Assembly (NCBI GenBank): GCA_964016885.1
Contig: OZ024740.1
Span: 288,424,001-288,488,000 of the forward strand
Length of the DNA stretch: 64,000 bases
Direction of reading: 5' to 3'
From: Eledone cirrhosa
Lineage: Eukaryota
Shown: in pieces, positions 11,246 to 24,117 of the stretch
Layout: each line of letters opens with the position of its first letter
Position numbering within the stretch: the stretch's first letter is position 1
Position numbers and translations under genes: made by a program
Notes under the pieces: generated by a model
What the model was told of the DNA's origin: nothing
Seen by the model: only the letters and a program-made list of their open reading frames with translations
Databases searched by the model: none

Positions 11246-13833
11246 GTACATATGGGTTTAGTGTCATAGAAAGTATGTGGTGGCCAACAGTAACAGCACA
11301 AATCAGTCGATTGACTCACATTTTGAAATGGAAAGTTGTGATCATTTCTTGCTTGACGTGAAGAACTTTATTAAAATAGATTTTATTTACAGAAATCTTT
11401 AAATAAAAACAGGAGAAAAAATTAATAAAAAAAATGGCAGTATATCATGGACAAGATAACAGAAATAATGTTGTGGAGAACAGCCACTCGTACCTGGTGC
11501 ATTAACCACTCTACCTCATTGGGACTCCTTCCTCAGGTCGTATGCATTCTTCCTGATTTTGTAGTGGAAAATTGCAGGCCAAGGCTCAAGGAAACTGGAA
11601 ATCTTGATGGTGACTAGCATGAATTGGAAGCAGTCGGTCACATCACTGTATTGGGATATATTCTGCTCCTCTATGTTACAGGGAACAGTGGCCAAAATGA
11701 CATGGTTCGATAGGAATTGAAATCATCATCACCGTTTTACGTCCATTTTTCCACGGTAGCATAGGTTAGATGATCAGATTGCTTAGTCATTACAAAGATA
11801 GCAACTTAACATATAGAGTTTAAATTATGTCAGTTTTTAATTAAGATAGGAACTTTAAAATAGGTGGTTTTATTTCAAAGGACCTGAGCCAGTTTGGGCC
11901 AAGTTAAATCAATTTTTAGCGTGTTACTGGTACTAATTTTTATTGAACCCAATAGGTTTAAACTTTAACCCTTTTGTTACTATATTTCTAATGAAACAGA
12001 CTGCTTATAAGTTTTTTATCGACCTCGAAAGGATCAAAGGCAAAGTTGACTTCAGTGGGATTTGAACTCAGAGACAAGAGAGCTGGAACAAATACTGCAG
12101 AGCACTCTATCCAATGTTCTAAAGACTCTGCCAATTCACATTATGATGAGTGTTGACTAGGGGTTAAATAACAGTAAAAGCAACAACTGCTACTTTCTTT
12201 ATTGACCCCACAAAACGATGAGAAACATTGTTTACCTTGGCAGGATTTGAACTCTGTAACTAAATACATGGTGTTTTGTCTGACATTTAGTTACATTCTT
12301 TACATTCTGAGTTAAAATCCTGCCAAGGTTGACTTTATCTTTCATCTTACCAGAGACAATAAAATCAAATACTAGTAATGTACTCAGGGTGATTCAAATG
12401 ACTGTTGCCCCTGTCTGTAATAGTAATTTCTTTTTATATTAGTATATATATATATTTTGCATATCTTTCTAATAATAGTAAATGAATTTAAAGAGTGGTA
12501 TAGGTTTTAGAAGTACTATATATTGTGGCAAGAACACTACTAAACTAAATAGAATGTAATAGTTGCAGACATTTTAACAGGGAAACGTCTGTTAGGTTCA
12601 TTACTAGTAATGAATGATGATGTTAGTAATACTAATGGTTAGTAAATGTTAAGAGCTTAAATAGGTAATTGTAATTGTTATTTGCAATGATTTATTTCAG
12701 TTTATTAATCTAATAGCAATTGCTACTTAAAACTAATTAAAATGATAAACTAATACATAGAATAAAAAAGAAAAATATTTGTTAGGAATTTTAGGTATTC
12801 ATAATATTTTTTGAGAGGAAATTAACAAAACAAACAAATAGAAGTGCCAGCAGCTTTGGCATGTAAATTCTATGGAATCATTTACCATTCATCTTGTTAC
12901 ATCATTCTTCTTACCTTAAAACAATTTTGTCCTTGATCAGTAGTACCAATAACTTGTTGAATTTAAGCCAACAAGAAGAGGCCCTCTATGTAGTTATGAT
13001 CCAAAGAGGGAGTGGATTCTCTATATGATTGGCCAAGCTTTCCTCAAATCACACCTTACATTTTTTTTTTTTTTAATGGGACACATTTGATAATGTAGTC
13101 CTAGATACATTTTGTGAAGAAAAAAGTGATAGCCATAGCTGAAACACTTGATCATAGGTCTTCTGATTATAATACCAATCAGCTATAGTCACCAATACTA
13201 ACTAGTATAGCCACTGGGAGCTTAATTTGCTTGAAATAACAGCCAAACTTTCTTAAATTATTCCCTGTTGTCTTAAGAAAAAGAAAGACAACATTGGATA
13301 ATGTATTCCTATATACACTGTTTAAATTAAAGACAGGATGGTCAAGGCTGAGCTGGATGGTGGTGGTAGGAAATGCAAAGGTCATGGCTAGAACATTTGT
13401 TTATTATAGTTTTGCTGGATCACAGCTGACTATATTTAAACAATTTGTTAGTTATAAGCCAGCTAGCTAACTTTGACATAAAGTAGGCCTGTCAATTTGC
13501 TTACTTCAATCTCTTTCAGTAAATTCCTTACTGTCTATGAAGTAGGTAACAATGTATATTTTATTACCTGCAGCCAGAAGGGATTTAATTTCCTAAATCG
13601 TGGAATAGCATTACTCACAATAAATATAATAACCATAGATATAAAGTTATTAAATGTGTTGTTTGAATTTCATTTTTTGTGGTGTAGCCCCTGGTCATCT
13701 CTTTTGTTGCATATCAGTTTAGATGCCTGAAACTAGATATCATGTGTACCAGGTTGTAGACAACTTTTAACCCATTTGATGCAAAAGTGCCTGAAATTGA
13801 CCCCGTTTTTATGATATAAAGCTGCTTGTTTTA

Positions 13834-14051
13834 ACCCTTTAGCATTTAAACCGGCCATATCTGGCCATAATTCTCTCACCTCTTTCTGTTGAAACTGACC
13901 ATAACAAACCACTCATACTTATGTTAAGGTATTGTTCTCAAACTAAATAAAAGCAAAATCTTGTAGATTCGATATTATGTGATAATTATGTGAGGTAAAG
14001 CCTTTACTGCGAAAATATAACATATATAGAGTAATGTAAATGCTAAAGGGT
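13834..14051. mobile_element. piggyBac-type MITE nested in a related older MITE (about 13766-14440)
   Basis: TIRs ccctttagcattta / taaatgctaaaggg, with ttaa on the left and ttac on the right; similar copy at about 58208-58435. Confidence 0.65.
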
Positions 14052-14981
14052 TACAGTATTTCTATATGTCTAATAACCACCCATCATAATTTTATGCAAG
14101 AACCTTTGTTCAAAACACCAGCTTAGTAATAATTTCTAATTTGTCAGAGGGGAAAGTCGATTATATTGACCTCAGTTCTTCACTGATACTTTATTTTATT
14201 GACCTCAAAAGAATGAAAGGCAAAGCTGACCTTGGCAGGATTTGAATTTATAATGTAAAGAGCCATTACTAAATACTACAAAGCATTTTGGCCAATGCTC
14301 TAATGACTACCTGTCCACTTCCCGCTCATACCAACGTCAGTTATATTACTAAATCCCTCCAAATTCTTGATTATTTTCAAAAATATTTGAAAATCATAGG
14401 CAGTGCTTTTCATGAGAAATATGTTAACAAAAGGGTTTAAATATGTCATACTGAATGGCAGCCAAACTGGTTGAGTCGGGTTAGAAAAATATTGGATATA
14501 GCCTCGCCTTCTGCTATCCTTCCCTCAAAAAACTATCATCAAGCTTTTGAAATATTTTTATACTTGATGTTATGACACCACTTCATTCTTGTATGAACTT
14601 TATCCAGTTCAAGGATTTAAGGTTTAGAATACCATGTCAGTCATCTACAATATTAAATTGTATCTCTCTCTCCCTCATGGTAACATATATTAGTTTGTGT
14701 TGCTTGGTCTTCTTCCTATCATTTTTGACATCACCTAATTCCAATAGAAGTAGGATCGAGTAACTGTGATGCTCTTATACTTGTTGTTAACTAGCTGTTG
14801 TCAGCAATAACTTGTTCAGCTGCTGATTTGAAGGAGGCAAGATCAAATTCAACAATTGCAGCTACTGAAAGGTAAACTTCAATGATCATTCATTCAAAAT
14901 CATTCTATCACTCAGTTATTTAGGATCTAGCAACTACTGGTAAAACTATGCTTTGCTGATTAGGTCCAATAAAACTAAAAT

Positions 14982-15270
14982 ATCATCATCATCATCATTT
15001 AACGTAAATTTTCTACGCTAGCTTGGGTTAGACGGGTTTGTCCTATTAGAGGCAAATTGGGTCAGGTGACCATGTCTTGCTCATATAGGACTGTTTCTGG
15101 TGAGATTTCTATGGCTGGATACCCTTCCTAACACCAACCACATTTACAGTGTGTGTTGGGTGCTTTTTGTCGTGACACATACACGACCACTTTACAGTGT
15201 GGACTTGGTGCTTTTTGTCTTGACACCTACATGACCACTTTACAGTGTGGTCTGGATGTTTGTTGTCACA
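14982..15270 (-). mobile_element. SINE with RTE-type 3' tail (ggacgttaaacgatgatg) and internal ~36-bp tandem units
   Basis: catcatcatttaacgt..gctagc..ggctggatacccttcctaacaccaaccac; many copies in the window. Confidence 0.75.
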
Positions 15271-15818
15271 TTACCAAAGATCAGACTCACTCCCTGCTAT
15301 ATGCATCTATTCAATTTTTATTACTTTGGATTTTGGAGTTGTCTCCTATGTCTTTTTTTACTAGAATGAATCATTAAGGCTTATGATTTCTTTCTTTCTC
15401 ACTGCAAGTGTGATTTTAATTAAGACATTTTGGACTTACAACATTGTTAGATTTGATCTCCCTTAATTATATGGTTTTTATTGAGGCATCCCAAAGTAAT
15501 TTCCTCTTTACAGATCTCAACATTTCCAGAAACATTCATCCATATCCAGTTTTGGTCTTTAGGGTTCTGCGGTTGTCATTATATATATAATGACAAGAAT
15601 GACTTTTATGATGGTTGTTATTCTTAAAAAACTTTATCAAGAACATCAACCACCAGAAAAATCATTCTTGTCATATATATATATACATATATACAGACAC
15701 ACACACATATATGTATGTATATATATAGATGATGATGATGATGATGATATATATATTAGAAAGTGAGGTTTTTTTTTACAAAATGAAAAATAACTGAGGG
15801 GTCCTACACGAGTGAAAG

Positions 15819-16565
15819 TATAAAGAAAAAAAGATGAAATCGAAAATGCAACTGGAGTCTTATTTAAAAAAAATATATATATTTATTTGGTTCCTTTACC
15901 GGTTTCACAGTTCTTCTGCTTTTCAAAAGTAGAGTTGAGATGGAGAGTCTGTGGTTTTTCTCACATCTGGTTGGTCTTTGAATGTTACTTGTTTTATATG
16001 GAAAAAAGTGGCTCGAAATGCCAGATTTTTAGAGAAGTAATTTGATTGGTTGGTCAATAAGTATAAATTTCGTGCCAGTTCGCATTACAAAGTTCTTCAA
16101 ACAGGGGGGGGGGGCGCTCAGGTTGTTTTTTCATATATGAGTGTTTGAATTTCTTTTTACTTAAAAAAGGGGGTTCACGAAGGCTTTTTTTTATAAATGT
16201 AATTTGATTGGTTATAAATGAAATTATTCGCACCCATATTTGGGAATTTATTTTGTAGCCTTTTAGAGAATTTTATGACAAACAAAAGATAATGGTCAAG
16301 AGAAATGGCACAAAATTTATTATACTTATTGACCAACCAATCAAATTACTTCTCTAAAAACCTGGCGTTTCGAGCCACTTTTTTCCATATAAAACAAGTA
16401 ACATTCAAAGACCAACCAGATGTGAGAAAAACCACAGACCCTCCATCTCAACTCTACTTTTGAAAAGCAGAAGAACTGCGAAACCGGTAAAGTAACCAAA
16501 TAAATATATACATTTTTTAAAAAATGACTCCAGTTGCATTTTAGATTTCATCTTTTTTCTTTATA
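15819..16565. repeat. Inverted repeat, ~260-bp arms (15819-16077 / 16306-16565), Penelope-type pLTR fold-back
   Basis: Arms are reverse complements with scattered substitutions, each carries a hammerhead-like motif, and TA repeats flank the structure. Confidence 0.85.
16455..16494 (+). ncRNA. Minimal hammerhead ribozyme, U3:A8 core variant (mirror copy about 15892-15931 minus)
   Basis: tactt-TTGAAAA-gcag aagaa ctgc-GAAA-ccgg-TA-aagta: stems I, II and a palindromic stem III all pair; GUA triplet. Confidence 0.7.
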
Positions 16566-16579
16566 TATATATATATAAT

Positions 16580-17300
16580 CATCAACATCGCCATTTAACG
16601 TCCATATTTCCATGCTAGCATGGGTTAGACGAGCTGTCCTGTTGTGAGCAATGCCAGGTCAGGTGATACATGCTTCGGATTCAGCCTGTGCCCATGGGAA
16701 GACAGGTTTTCTGTATTACTGCATAAGACCAGAGATCTTGGTCCTGTGTCATCACCTTTGAGAGGTGCAATTGGGCAAGGTCAGCTGTCATCCTTCATAT
16801 GCATCACATGTCCATACCAACACAATCTCCTCTCCTGCACACAGTGACCAGGTCTCACTACTATGCAACATTGTTGTTTGTATGCATGCATCATACAGTC
16901 TGCCTTTCATTTTGAGGGAAAAGCCATTTGTAGCTAGCAGTCGTAGTAGCTCCCTGAACTTCTTCCATCCTGTTCTCACTCTGTCTACTGTACTTTTGGA
17001 ACATCCACCTCGGCTGCTAATTTGGTTACCCAGGTAGCAGATGCTGTCTACTGCTTTTACCAAACCTTCCGAGAATTTGATAGTGCTTGTTTCCTGTGGT
17101 TGTTTGCTGCTTAATGCTCTGGTACAACAGCTACATGTAAAACCTACGTTCTTAGCTAGACTATCTGAGATCCCACTACATAGTTTGCATTTAGGACAGA
17201 GGATGGAGTTTCTAGCTATACCTTTCCTACAAACTGAGCAAGGCCATTTCCCTGAGGGGATCAGGGCTCTGTTTTCTCTTCTACTTACTAGGACCTTATA
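16580..17300 (-). mobile_element. RTE LINE 3' fragment (degenerate, with deletions)
   Basis: ORF 16788-17369 has KWPCSVCRKGIARNSILCPKCK, CYLGNQI, RVRTGWKKFREL and TMLHSSETW; RTE tail at about 16580-16640. Confidence 0.85.
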
Positions 17301-17683
17301 CCACCTAATGCTGGAGTTAAACAATATGTGGGGAAATAACTTTAAATGTTCAAATGAATGTGCTATCAAATGTTGACAATATATGTAATATATCTATCTA
17401 TCTATATATGTGTGTGGTGTGTGTGTAAATAACTGTTATTGCTTCAGTCAGTCCTCAAACTCTCAACAAAGACCCTAAACCAAACTGTACTCACCCTCCA
17501 AATTTGGTAAAATATGTATGTATATATGTGTGTATGGTTGGTGTTAGGAAAGGTATCCAACTGTAGAAACCAAGCCAGAAAAAGTTCTGTATGAGCAAGA
17601 TATGGTCACCTGACCTAACTCAAATGGGACAACTCGTCCAATCCATGCTAGCATGGAAAAATGGACGTTAAATGGTGATGATG

Positions 17684-17725
<42 letters not shown>

Positions 17726-18177
17726 ATGTGCACATGTTTATTAATTGATATCCAGATAAATCAGGAAAATATTACCTGAGACAACATGAACAACCAAAAG
17801 AAGATAAAAAATTTGTTCTATTATTTTTCATTACTCATATCCTACCTTGATATTAATTATTAATGTGTATCTACTATAGCTAATATGGTTGGAGTTAGTC
17901 ATGGTTCCCAATTATGAATCCTTGCTCTAGTATATTGGAGTTTGTAGAACTACGCAACCAATACTTGGCAAGAAAAAATTTTGCTGTAAAAATATTAAAG
18001 ATTCGAATACATAAAATGCCTTTCTGTCTACAGCTGTTGCTAGTATTATTTCAATGATAGTAATTTTAATTATATTATATATTACTATTCTAACCTTAAG
18101 TGTCCTTGCACTAACTCTGAGCTGTGCCCTGCTTAAAACAGCTGTTCTTCTGTTCCACTTAATTTGTTTTACATACT

Positions 18178-18497
18178 GCATAGCTTAGTGGTTAGAGCGT
18201 CAGACTTACAATCGTAAGGTTATGAGTTTGATTACCAGTCTGTGCTGTGTGTTATGTCCTTAAGCAAGACACTTTATTTCACATTGCTCCAATTCACTCG
18301 GCTGTAGAAATGAGTTGTGGTGTAAAGCTGTATCAGCCTTTGCCTTTTCCTTGGACAACATTGGTGGCTTGTAGATGGGAGATTGGTATGCATGGGCGAC
18401 CTCTGTTCTTCCACAAACAACCTTGTCTGGACTTGTGCCTCTGAGGGGAACTTTCTAGGTGCAAATCCCAAGGTCATTTGTGACCGAAGGAGATCTT
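18178..18497 (+). mobile_element. tRNA-derived SINE, near full length
   Basis: A-box agcttagtgg and B-box-like gagtttgattacc, then tgtccttaagcaagacact and cactcggctgtagaaatgag; matches 54004-54338 along its length. Confidence 0.8.
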
Positions 18498-19395
18498 TAT
18501 CCTTTTTACTGCATTTTTTATAATTTCTAAAATTTCAATTGAGTTTATTGGAATTATCTACCTTGTATTTTTTTTATTTTAAACACTCTTAGAGGGAGTT
18601 TTTGTCTGCTAATAGCGTGGATAATCTCAGTTAATCAGTTTTTCAACTCACTATAGTACCTATCTGAGACCCTATTGTATAATGAATTTAATATGGAGAA
18701 CATTGCTCTGAGGTATTTTCCTTCAGCCATATTGTTGTTAAAAAGGCCAGGCTGACTGACTCTATATCATCTACCCTCTCCCTTGTACCCTTCCACTCCC
18801 CTCCTAGTTTGGCTGATTTACCACATTCAGTAGCAATGCTCTTTGGAATAAGTAATGAGCAAAACATAACATTTTTATGCATATATTTTTTGCTCTTTAT
18901 CTGGCTGCGAGAAGCATCTGTTTAATGAATATGTATCATTTTAATTTTTAATTGTTCATTTACAATGGCTATGTAAATAATTCAGCTTTTCTTAGTCATT
19001 TCTTAATTGTTATTGGGTAGTCAACACTTGTATTATTTTATTTATTTTATTTATTTACTTGTATCAATTATTAGACTGCACCCATACTGGGGCACTGCTT
19101 TGATTTTAGTCAATAATATCAATCCCAATGCTTATTTTTCAAGTCTGGTACCTATTTTATCACTCTCTCATTAATGTGACATAAATACAGGCTTAGACAT
19201 AGACATGCATACTCATTATTATCATCATGATATATGTGTGTCTGTTTATATTTGTGCCTGTATCTTTGTATGTGCCATCATCACATTGCATGAGTTAGAT
19301 AGGCTGTCATGTACTGTGGTTAGACTAGTCAGGTGACCATGTCTTGCTTGTACTCTCTGTTTTTGGAATAGTTTTTACAGCTGGATACTTTACAG

Positions 19396-20402
19396 CAGTG
19401 CTTCTCAAATTATCTGATGTGGCGGACCGGCATTTTTTTTTTTTCAATGTGCCACGTACCGCTAATATTTTGTAGTAATATTAATTTATACCGGAAACGA
19501 TATATATAATGAATATAATAATAGTTGACCATTTTTTTTATCTTCTATTTATTTTGTAAACAAATAATACAATATCAAAACATATAAAAAAGTAATAAAA
19601 AAAATTCCTCAAATGATTCCTTAGCATGGCTCGTGTACCGGTAGTTGATGGCTTGTGTACCGGTAGCTGATGGCTTGTGTACCGGTAGTTGATGGCTTGT
19701 GTACCGGTAGTTGATGGCTCGCGTACCGGTAGTTGATGGCTTGTGTACCCGTAGCTGATGGCTTGTGTACCGGTAGTTGATGGCTTGTGTACCCGTAGCT
19801 GATGGCTTGTGTACCCGTAGCTGATGGCTTGTGTACCGGTAGTTGATGGCTTGTGTACCGGTAGTTGATGGCTCGTGTACCGGTAGTTGATGGCTTGTGT
19901 ACCGGTAGTTGATGGCTTGTGTACCGGTAGTTGATGGCTCGTGTACCGGTAGTTGATGGCTCGTGTACCAGTAGTTGATGGCTTGTGTACCGGTAGTTGA
20001 TGGCTTGTGTACCGGTAGTTGATGGCTTGTGTACCGGTAGCTGATGGCTTGTGTACCGGTAGTTGATGGCTTGCGTTCCGGTAGTTGATGACTTGTGTAC
20101 CGGTAGCTGATGGCTTGTGTACCGGTAGTTGATGGCTTGTGTACCGGTAGTTGATGGCTTGTGTACCGGTAGTTGATGGCTTGTGTACCGGTAGTTGATG
20201 GCTTGTGTACCGGTAGTTGATGGCTCGCGTACCGGTAGTTGATGGCTTGTGTACCAGTAGTTGATGGCTTGTGTACCAGTAGTTGATGGCTCGCGTACCC
20301 GTAGCTGATGGCTCGCGTACCCGTAGTTGATGGCTTGCGTACCGGTAGCTGATGGCTCGCGTACCGGCACCGGTCCGTGGACCTCCACTTTGAGTAGCAC
20401 TG
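19396..20402. mobile_element. hAT (Charlie-like) MITE with an internal 22-bp minisatellite, inserted into a SINE
   Basis: TIRs cagtgcttctcaaa / tttgagtagcactg; exact 8-bp TSD ctttacag (19388-19395, 20403-20410); SINE sequence resumes on both sides. Confidence 0.9.
19628..20367. repeat. 22-bp minisatellite (gtgtaccggtagttgatggctt) x about 33
   Basis: Direct tandem units; the 22-aa periodicity of ORFs 19575-20426 and 19621-20400 equals three 22-nt units. Confidence 0.95.
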
Positions 20403-20410
20403 CTTTACAG

Positions 20411-20745
20411 CATGTGCTGAGAGCATTTTATCATGCCTCTGGCATTACCATTTTACAGAGTGGACTGGGTGCTTTTTGTCATAGCACCAGCACTATCACT
20501 TTACTGGGTGGACTGGGTGCTTTATATCATGGCAGCAGCACTACTGCCTAACAGTACTGACTGAGCACTTTTAGCGCGGCACCATGATGGGCTTCTGCAG
20601 TTTCCATTTACCAAATTCCACTCATAAGGCAATGGTCAACTTAAGGTTATAGTAAAAGACACTTACCCAAGGTGCTGTACAACTGAACTGAACCGAGAAC
20701 TACTTAGTTGTGGAGCAAACTCCTAAACTGTGCAGCCATATATGT
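20411..20745 (-). mobile_element. tRNA-derived SINE, 5' half (interrupted by the hAT MITE)
   Basis: Head gtttgctccacaac..gttcagttc..caccttgggtaagtgtctt..ggaaactgcagaagccc; similar heads at about 3310-3450, 45280-45440 and 50500-50640. Confidence 0.6.
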
Positions 20746-22839
20746 GGCTATTATTGAAGTATATTGAAATAAACAGAGAATGATCTAGAAGAATCCTCTC
20801 TTCTTTTATTCCAAGTTTGTGCACATCTCTTGTAATTAAAATAGGAAGTCATTGTGTTCCAATTAGTTGTTAGATTATAAAGAATTACACAGATTTCTAA
20901 ATAATAAAAGACTTTGCATTCTATGATGATAGAAATTTCTATTGTGTAGTCTTTTTTTGCTATATAAAACTAGGTTGGTAATGATCATTTTACAATTAAT
21001 AAATTGTTTTTTTTTTTAATTAAATCTTTTTTTTTTAATGTAACATGTCTAACCCATACAAGCATGGAAAATAGATGTAAAATGATGGTGATGGTATTTA
21101 GTTATAGAATAACAGCAAGATATGCATTTCAGTTACAACCACCACTTTGAAATGTTCTTGGGTGGTAGACTTAATCCATCGCTCAGTTTAACAGAACTAC
21201 TTGTGTCCGTCCACTCAGTTGAAGGATATGCTTCCCCCTCCCACTTACCAGTCTCTGGAGACCCTGAAAAAGATCATGGATCCTGTCATTACGCTCTTTG
21301 ACCTAACTGTAAAAATCTGATTTTTTCAGTCTAGCAAAGATTTTGTGTGAAAAAAAATTGGATGGTCATGGCTAAAATGTCATTTATCAAGAGATTTCTC
21401 AGTTGTGGCTTAAAAACTAATAATGCCTCTTGCAGACTAAACACCAGTGGTCCACTCAGTCTGGTTTTTAGTTAGCCAAGCCAGTTGTCTCACTGTTGCC
21501 ACCAAATCATGTGACATGGTTATGTAAAAAAATTTAAATATTTTATGTAAATATTAGACTTTACTTACTATTCTTACCCATGTCTGGTGTAAAAATAGTA
21601 ACTTCTTCTTGGTACAAAGCCAATATTTGTTAGGTGACTGAATCAGTTGGTTGGGTTAACCCCAATATATTACTGGGTACAACACTCAAGGGAATCATCA
21701 AGCTCTAAGAGACAAAATTAACAAATAAATAAATGACTTAGTCTCTGTGAGAGTTAATTGCTTTTATTTCTAAATAATTGCTCATAATTGCTGTATCCTG
21801 TTTTAGGTGGGATAAAGCAAGCTATGTGGTTTTTATTATGTCATCTTTCCTTGTTATTTCACACTGCTTCAATAGTTTGAAACTTTTCATCAACCTCCCC
21901 CATAACAGCTAGTTATCACACCCTTGCATTAGCCATTGAGGATGCCTCTGTATGGTCAGTTGACCTGCTAGAGAAAAAAGACAGTCAAATTCCCTTCATA
22001 TCACACCATCTTAAAAGGAAAGTAACATTGGATAATGCTGTTCTAAACATTCTATGCCTAAAAGAAATAAAGACGGTATGAATATATCTGCAATGTGGTT
22101 GATGATAGTTTTGTTGGGCCAGAGCTGTTAACCTAAACAGCAGCAATTTTATTAGGCAAAGGGTGTCATATCAAATTTAATAATTGAGTGGAAAATTTGA
22201 AACACTGCCTGTAATACTAGCTTATATAGGTTCAAACTAAAAATCAATTAGATCACTCATCAGTGTGGGAAAGCCAATTAAAGTCATGGTCTTGCCCTTC
22301 CTCATTTTCTGAATAAATAGAAAAATAAATAGAAAAAATAATAATAAAAATACTACTGTTATTATGTATCAATCTACTAGCTCTAATGTGCCTGATTGAC
22401 ATAAAAGAGGTTCCACCATCCTCTTACTTTCCAACTGAGTGATTTGTTATAGGAAAGACAACACACAGCTGTAAAAACATTTGTTACAACTGAAAAAAAA
22501 AGAAGCTATTCCGCTACATATAGTGTGTGGATGCAAAACAGTAAATAAAGCAATAACAATTTTTATCAGATAATCAAAATTCTGTTGTTTTTTTAAATTA
22601 AACCCGAGTGTGGAGGAATGGTAGAAATAGTTGAGGACTAAGATTAGACTCTATAAAGCACTGTCAAATTTGTCCTAATGTAGGGTTCAGAATGCTGATG
22701 CGTGATATAAAGAGACATTAATAAAATGAATGTGTTCCACAGTAGATGCCAAGGGAAAACCTGCCACATTTTATGCCCCAATAAAGTGTCAAACAAAGAG
22801 GTCTACCATAAAATTGGTTACAATAGTTTGGTCTTTGAA

Positions 22840-22992
22840 ATCAAACATTATCAGCTCAAGTGGCTAGGCCATACATTCTGAATGGATTAGGATAGCATAC
22901 CAAAGGCAGCATTAAAATGGACACCACCTGGAAAGTGGCCAAAGAACACCTGGTGTAGAACAGTTGAAGGTGAGCTGAGTGAAATACATCTT
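22840..22992 (+). mobile_element. Old RTE LINE remnant
   Basis: QLKWLGHTF*MD*DSIPKAALKWTPPGK..PKNTWCRTVEGEL, the RTE C-terminal WxGH / RPKxTW region with stops. Confidence 0.7.
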
Positions 22993-23044
22993 AGATAAAG
23001 CAAAGTTTGTTGGCCTTGTGCCTAAATCAGAAACCATTATTATT

Positions 23045-23510
23045 ATTCATTGGATTGGCAGTATCGATGGGGGGTCGGACGCCATGTTTTGCAGCACAGT
23101 TACGCCCCTTTGCAGTCTGAATTCAAATCCCGCCAAGGTTAACTTTGTCTTTCATCCTTACGGGGTCGATAAAATAAAGTACCAGTAATGCACTGGGATA
23201 ATTGCTGGCCTTGTGCCAAAAGTAGAAACAATTATTAAGGGTGGTGAATTGGTATAATCTTTAGAGCACTGGACAAAATTGCCTTGTGGTAATTTAGTTA
23301 TAGCTCTTTACTTTCTGAATTCAAATCCCATCAAGTTGAACTTTGCCTTTCATCCTTCCAGGGTCGGTGAAAAAGTACCAGTCAAGTGCTTTGAAGTTTT
23401 TAGTTATATTACTTTTGTCCTGAATTCAAATTTTGCTAGAGTTGATTTTTGCTATTCCTGGTTTGATAAAATAAGTACCAGGATTAATACTCCATCAACT
23501 ATGACCCCTC
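23045..23510 (+). mobile_element. Tandem tRNA-derived SINE copies (gcctttcatcc..ggggtcgataaaataaagtaccag family)
   Basis: Two to three head-to-tail copies of the family seen at 30193. Confidence 0.75.
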
Positions 23511-24117
23511 CATATTAGAAATTTGTGCCCATATTCCATTGTAAGAATTTGTTGTTAATCTGTCATGATTGATTGCCACTCAACTTACTTTAATTAAATT
23601 TTCATATGTTATGAATTTACTTAAATCTATCAGTGTTCAAATCATTGCTATCTCTCTTTGTTGTTTTCCTTCCTCTTTTCCTCCCAATATTTTCGGACAT
23701 CCCTAAAAGGGTCATGGATAATGCACTTACTCTTTTCATGGATATGTGTTATATATATATATATATATGTACTTTTTGTATAACTAGTGATATTCAGTAT
23801 GTTTACGAATAAACATTTTGAAAGCCTTCAGCTATAGATTTGGAAACCGATGGTGTAGCACCATCTAGTGGATTCCAGCAGAAGCCAAGGGTTGGTAACT
23901 GACGACAATGTCATTCTGATTCTGGTCGTGATCAAGTCAATGATCCCTTACCCTGCTCTCTGCTAGAATTCAATATAGGTGAAAACATATAGTTTTGACA
24001 CCTGTGTACATGGTATATCACTAGATATACAAAATACACATACTTATATGTATACAGCTGTTAGAAAGAACACCTTAATTATATATATATGTATATGTGT
24101 GTATGCGTATATATAAA

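Noticed and set aside
14819-14871. Short exon candidate (ADLKEARSNSTIAATE) with ag/gt edges
   Set aside because: Too short and unrecognised; expected by chance.
18178-18250. tRNA gene
   Set aside because: A/B boxes continue into a SINE body; no complete cloverleaf or terminator. The same applies to other SINE heads.
19575-20426. 283-aa and 259-aa repetitive ORFs; possible CRISPR-like array
   Set aside because: Contiguous 22-bp tandem units with no spacers, inside a MITE with TIRs and TSD; the ORFs are by-products.
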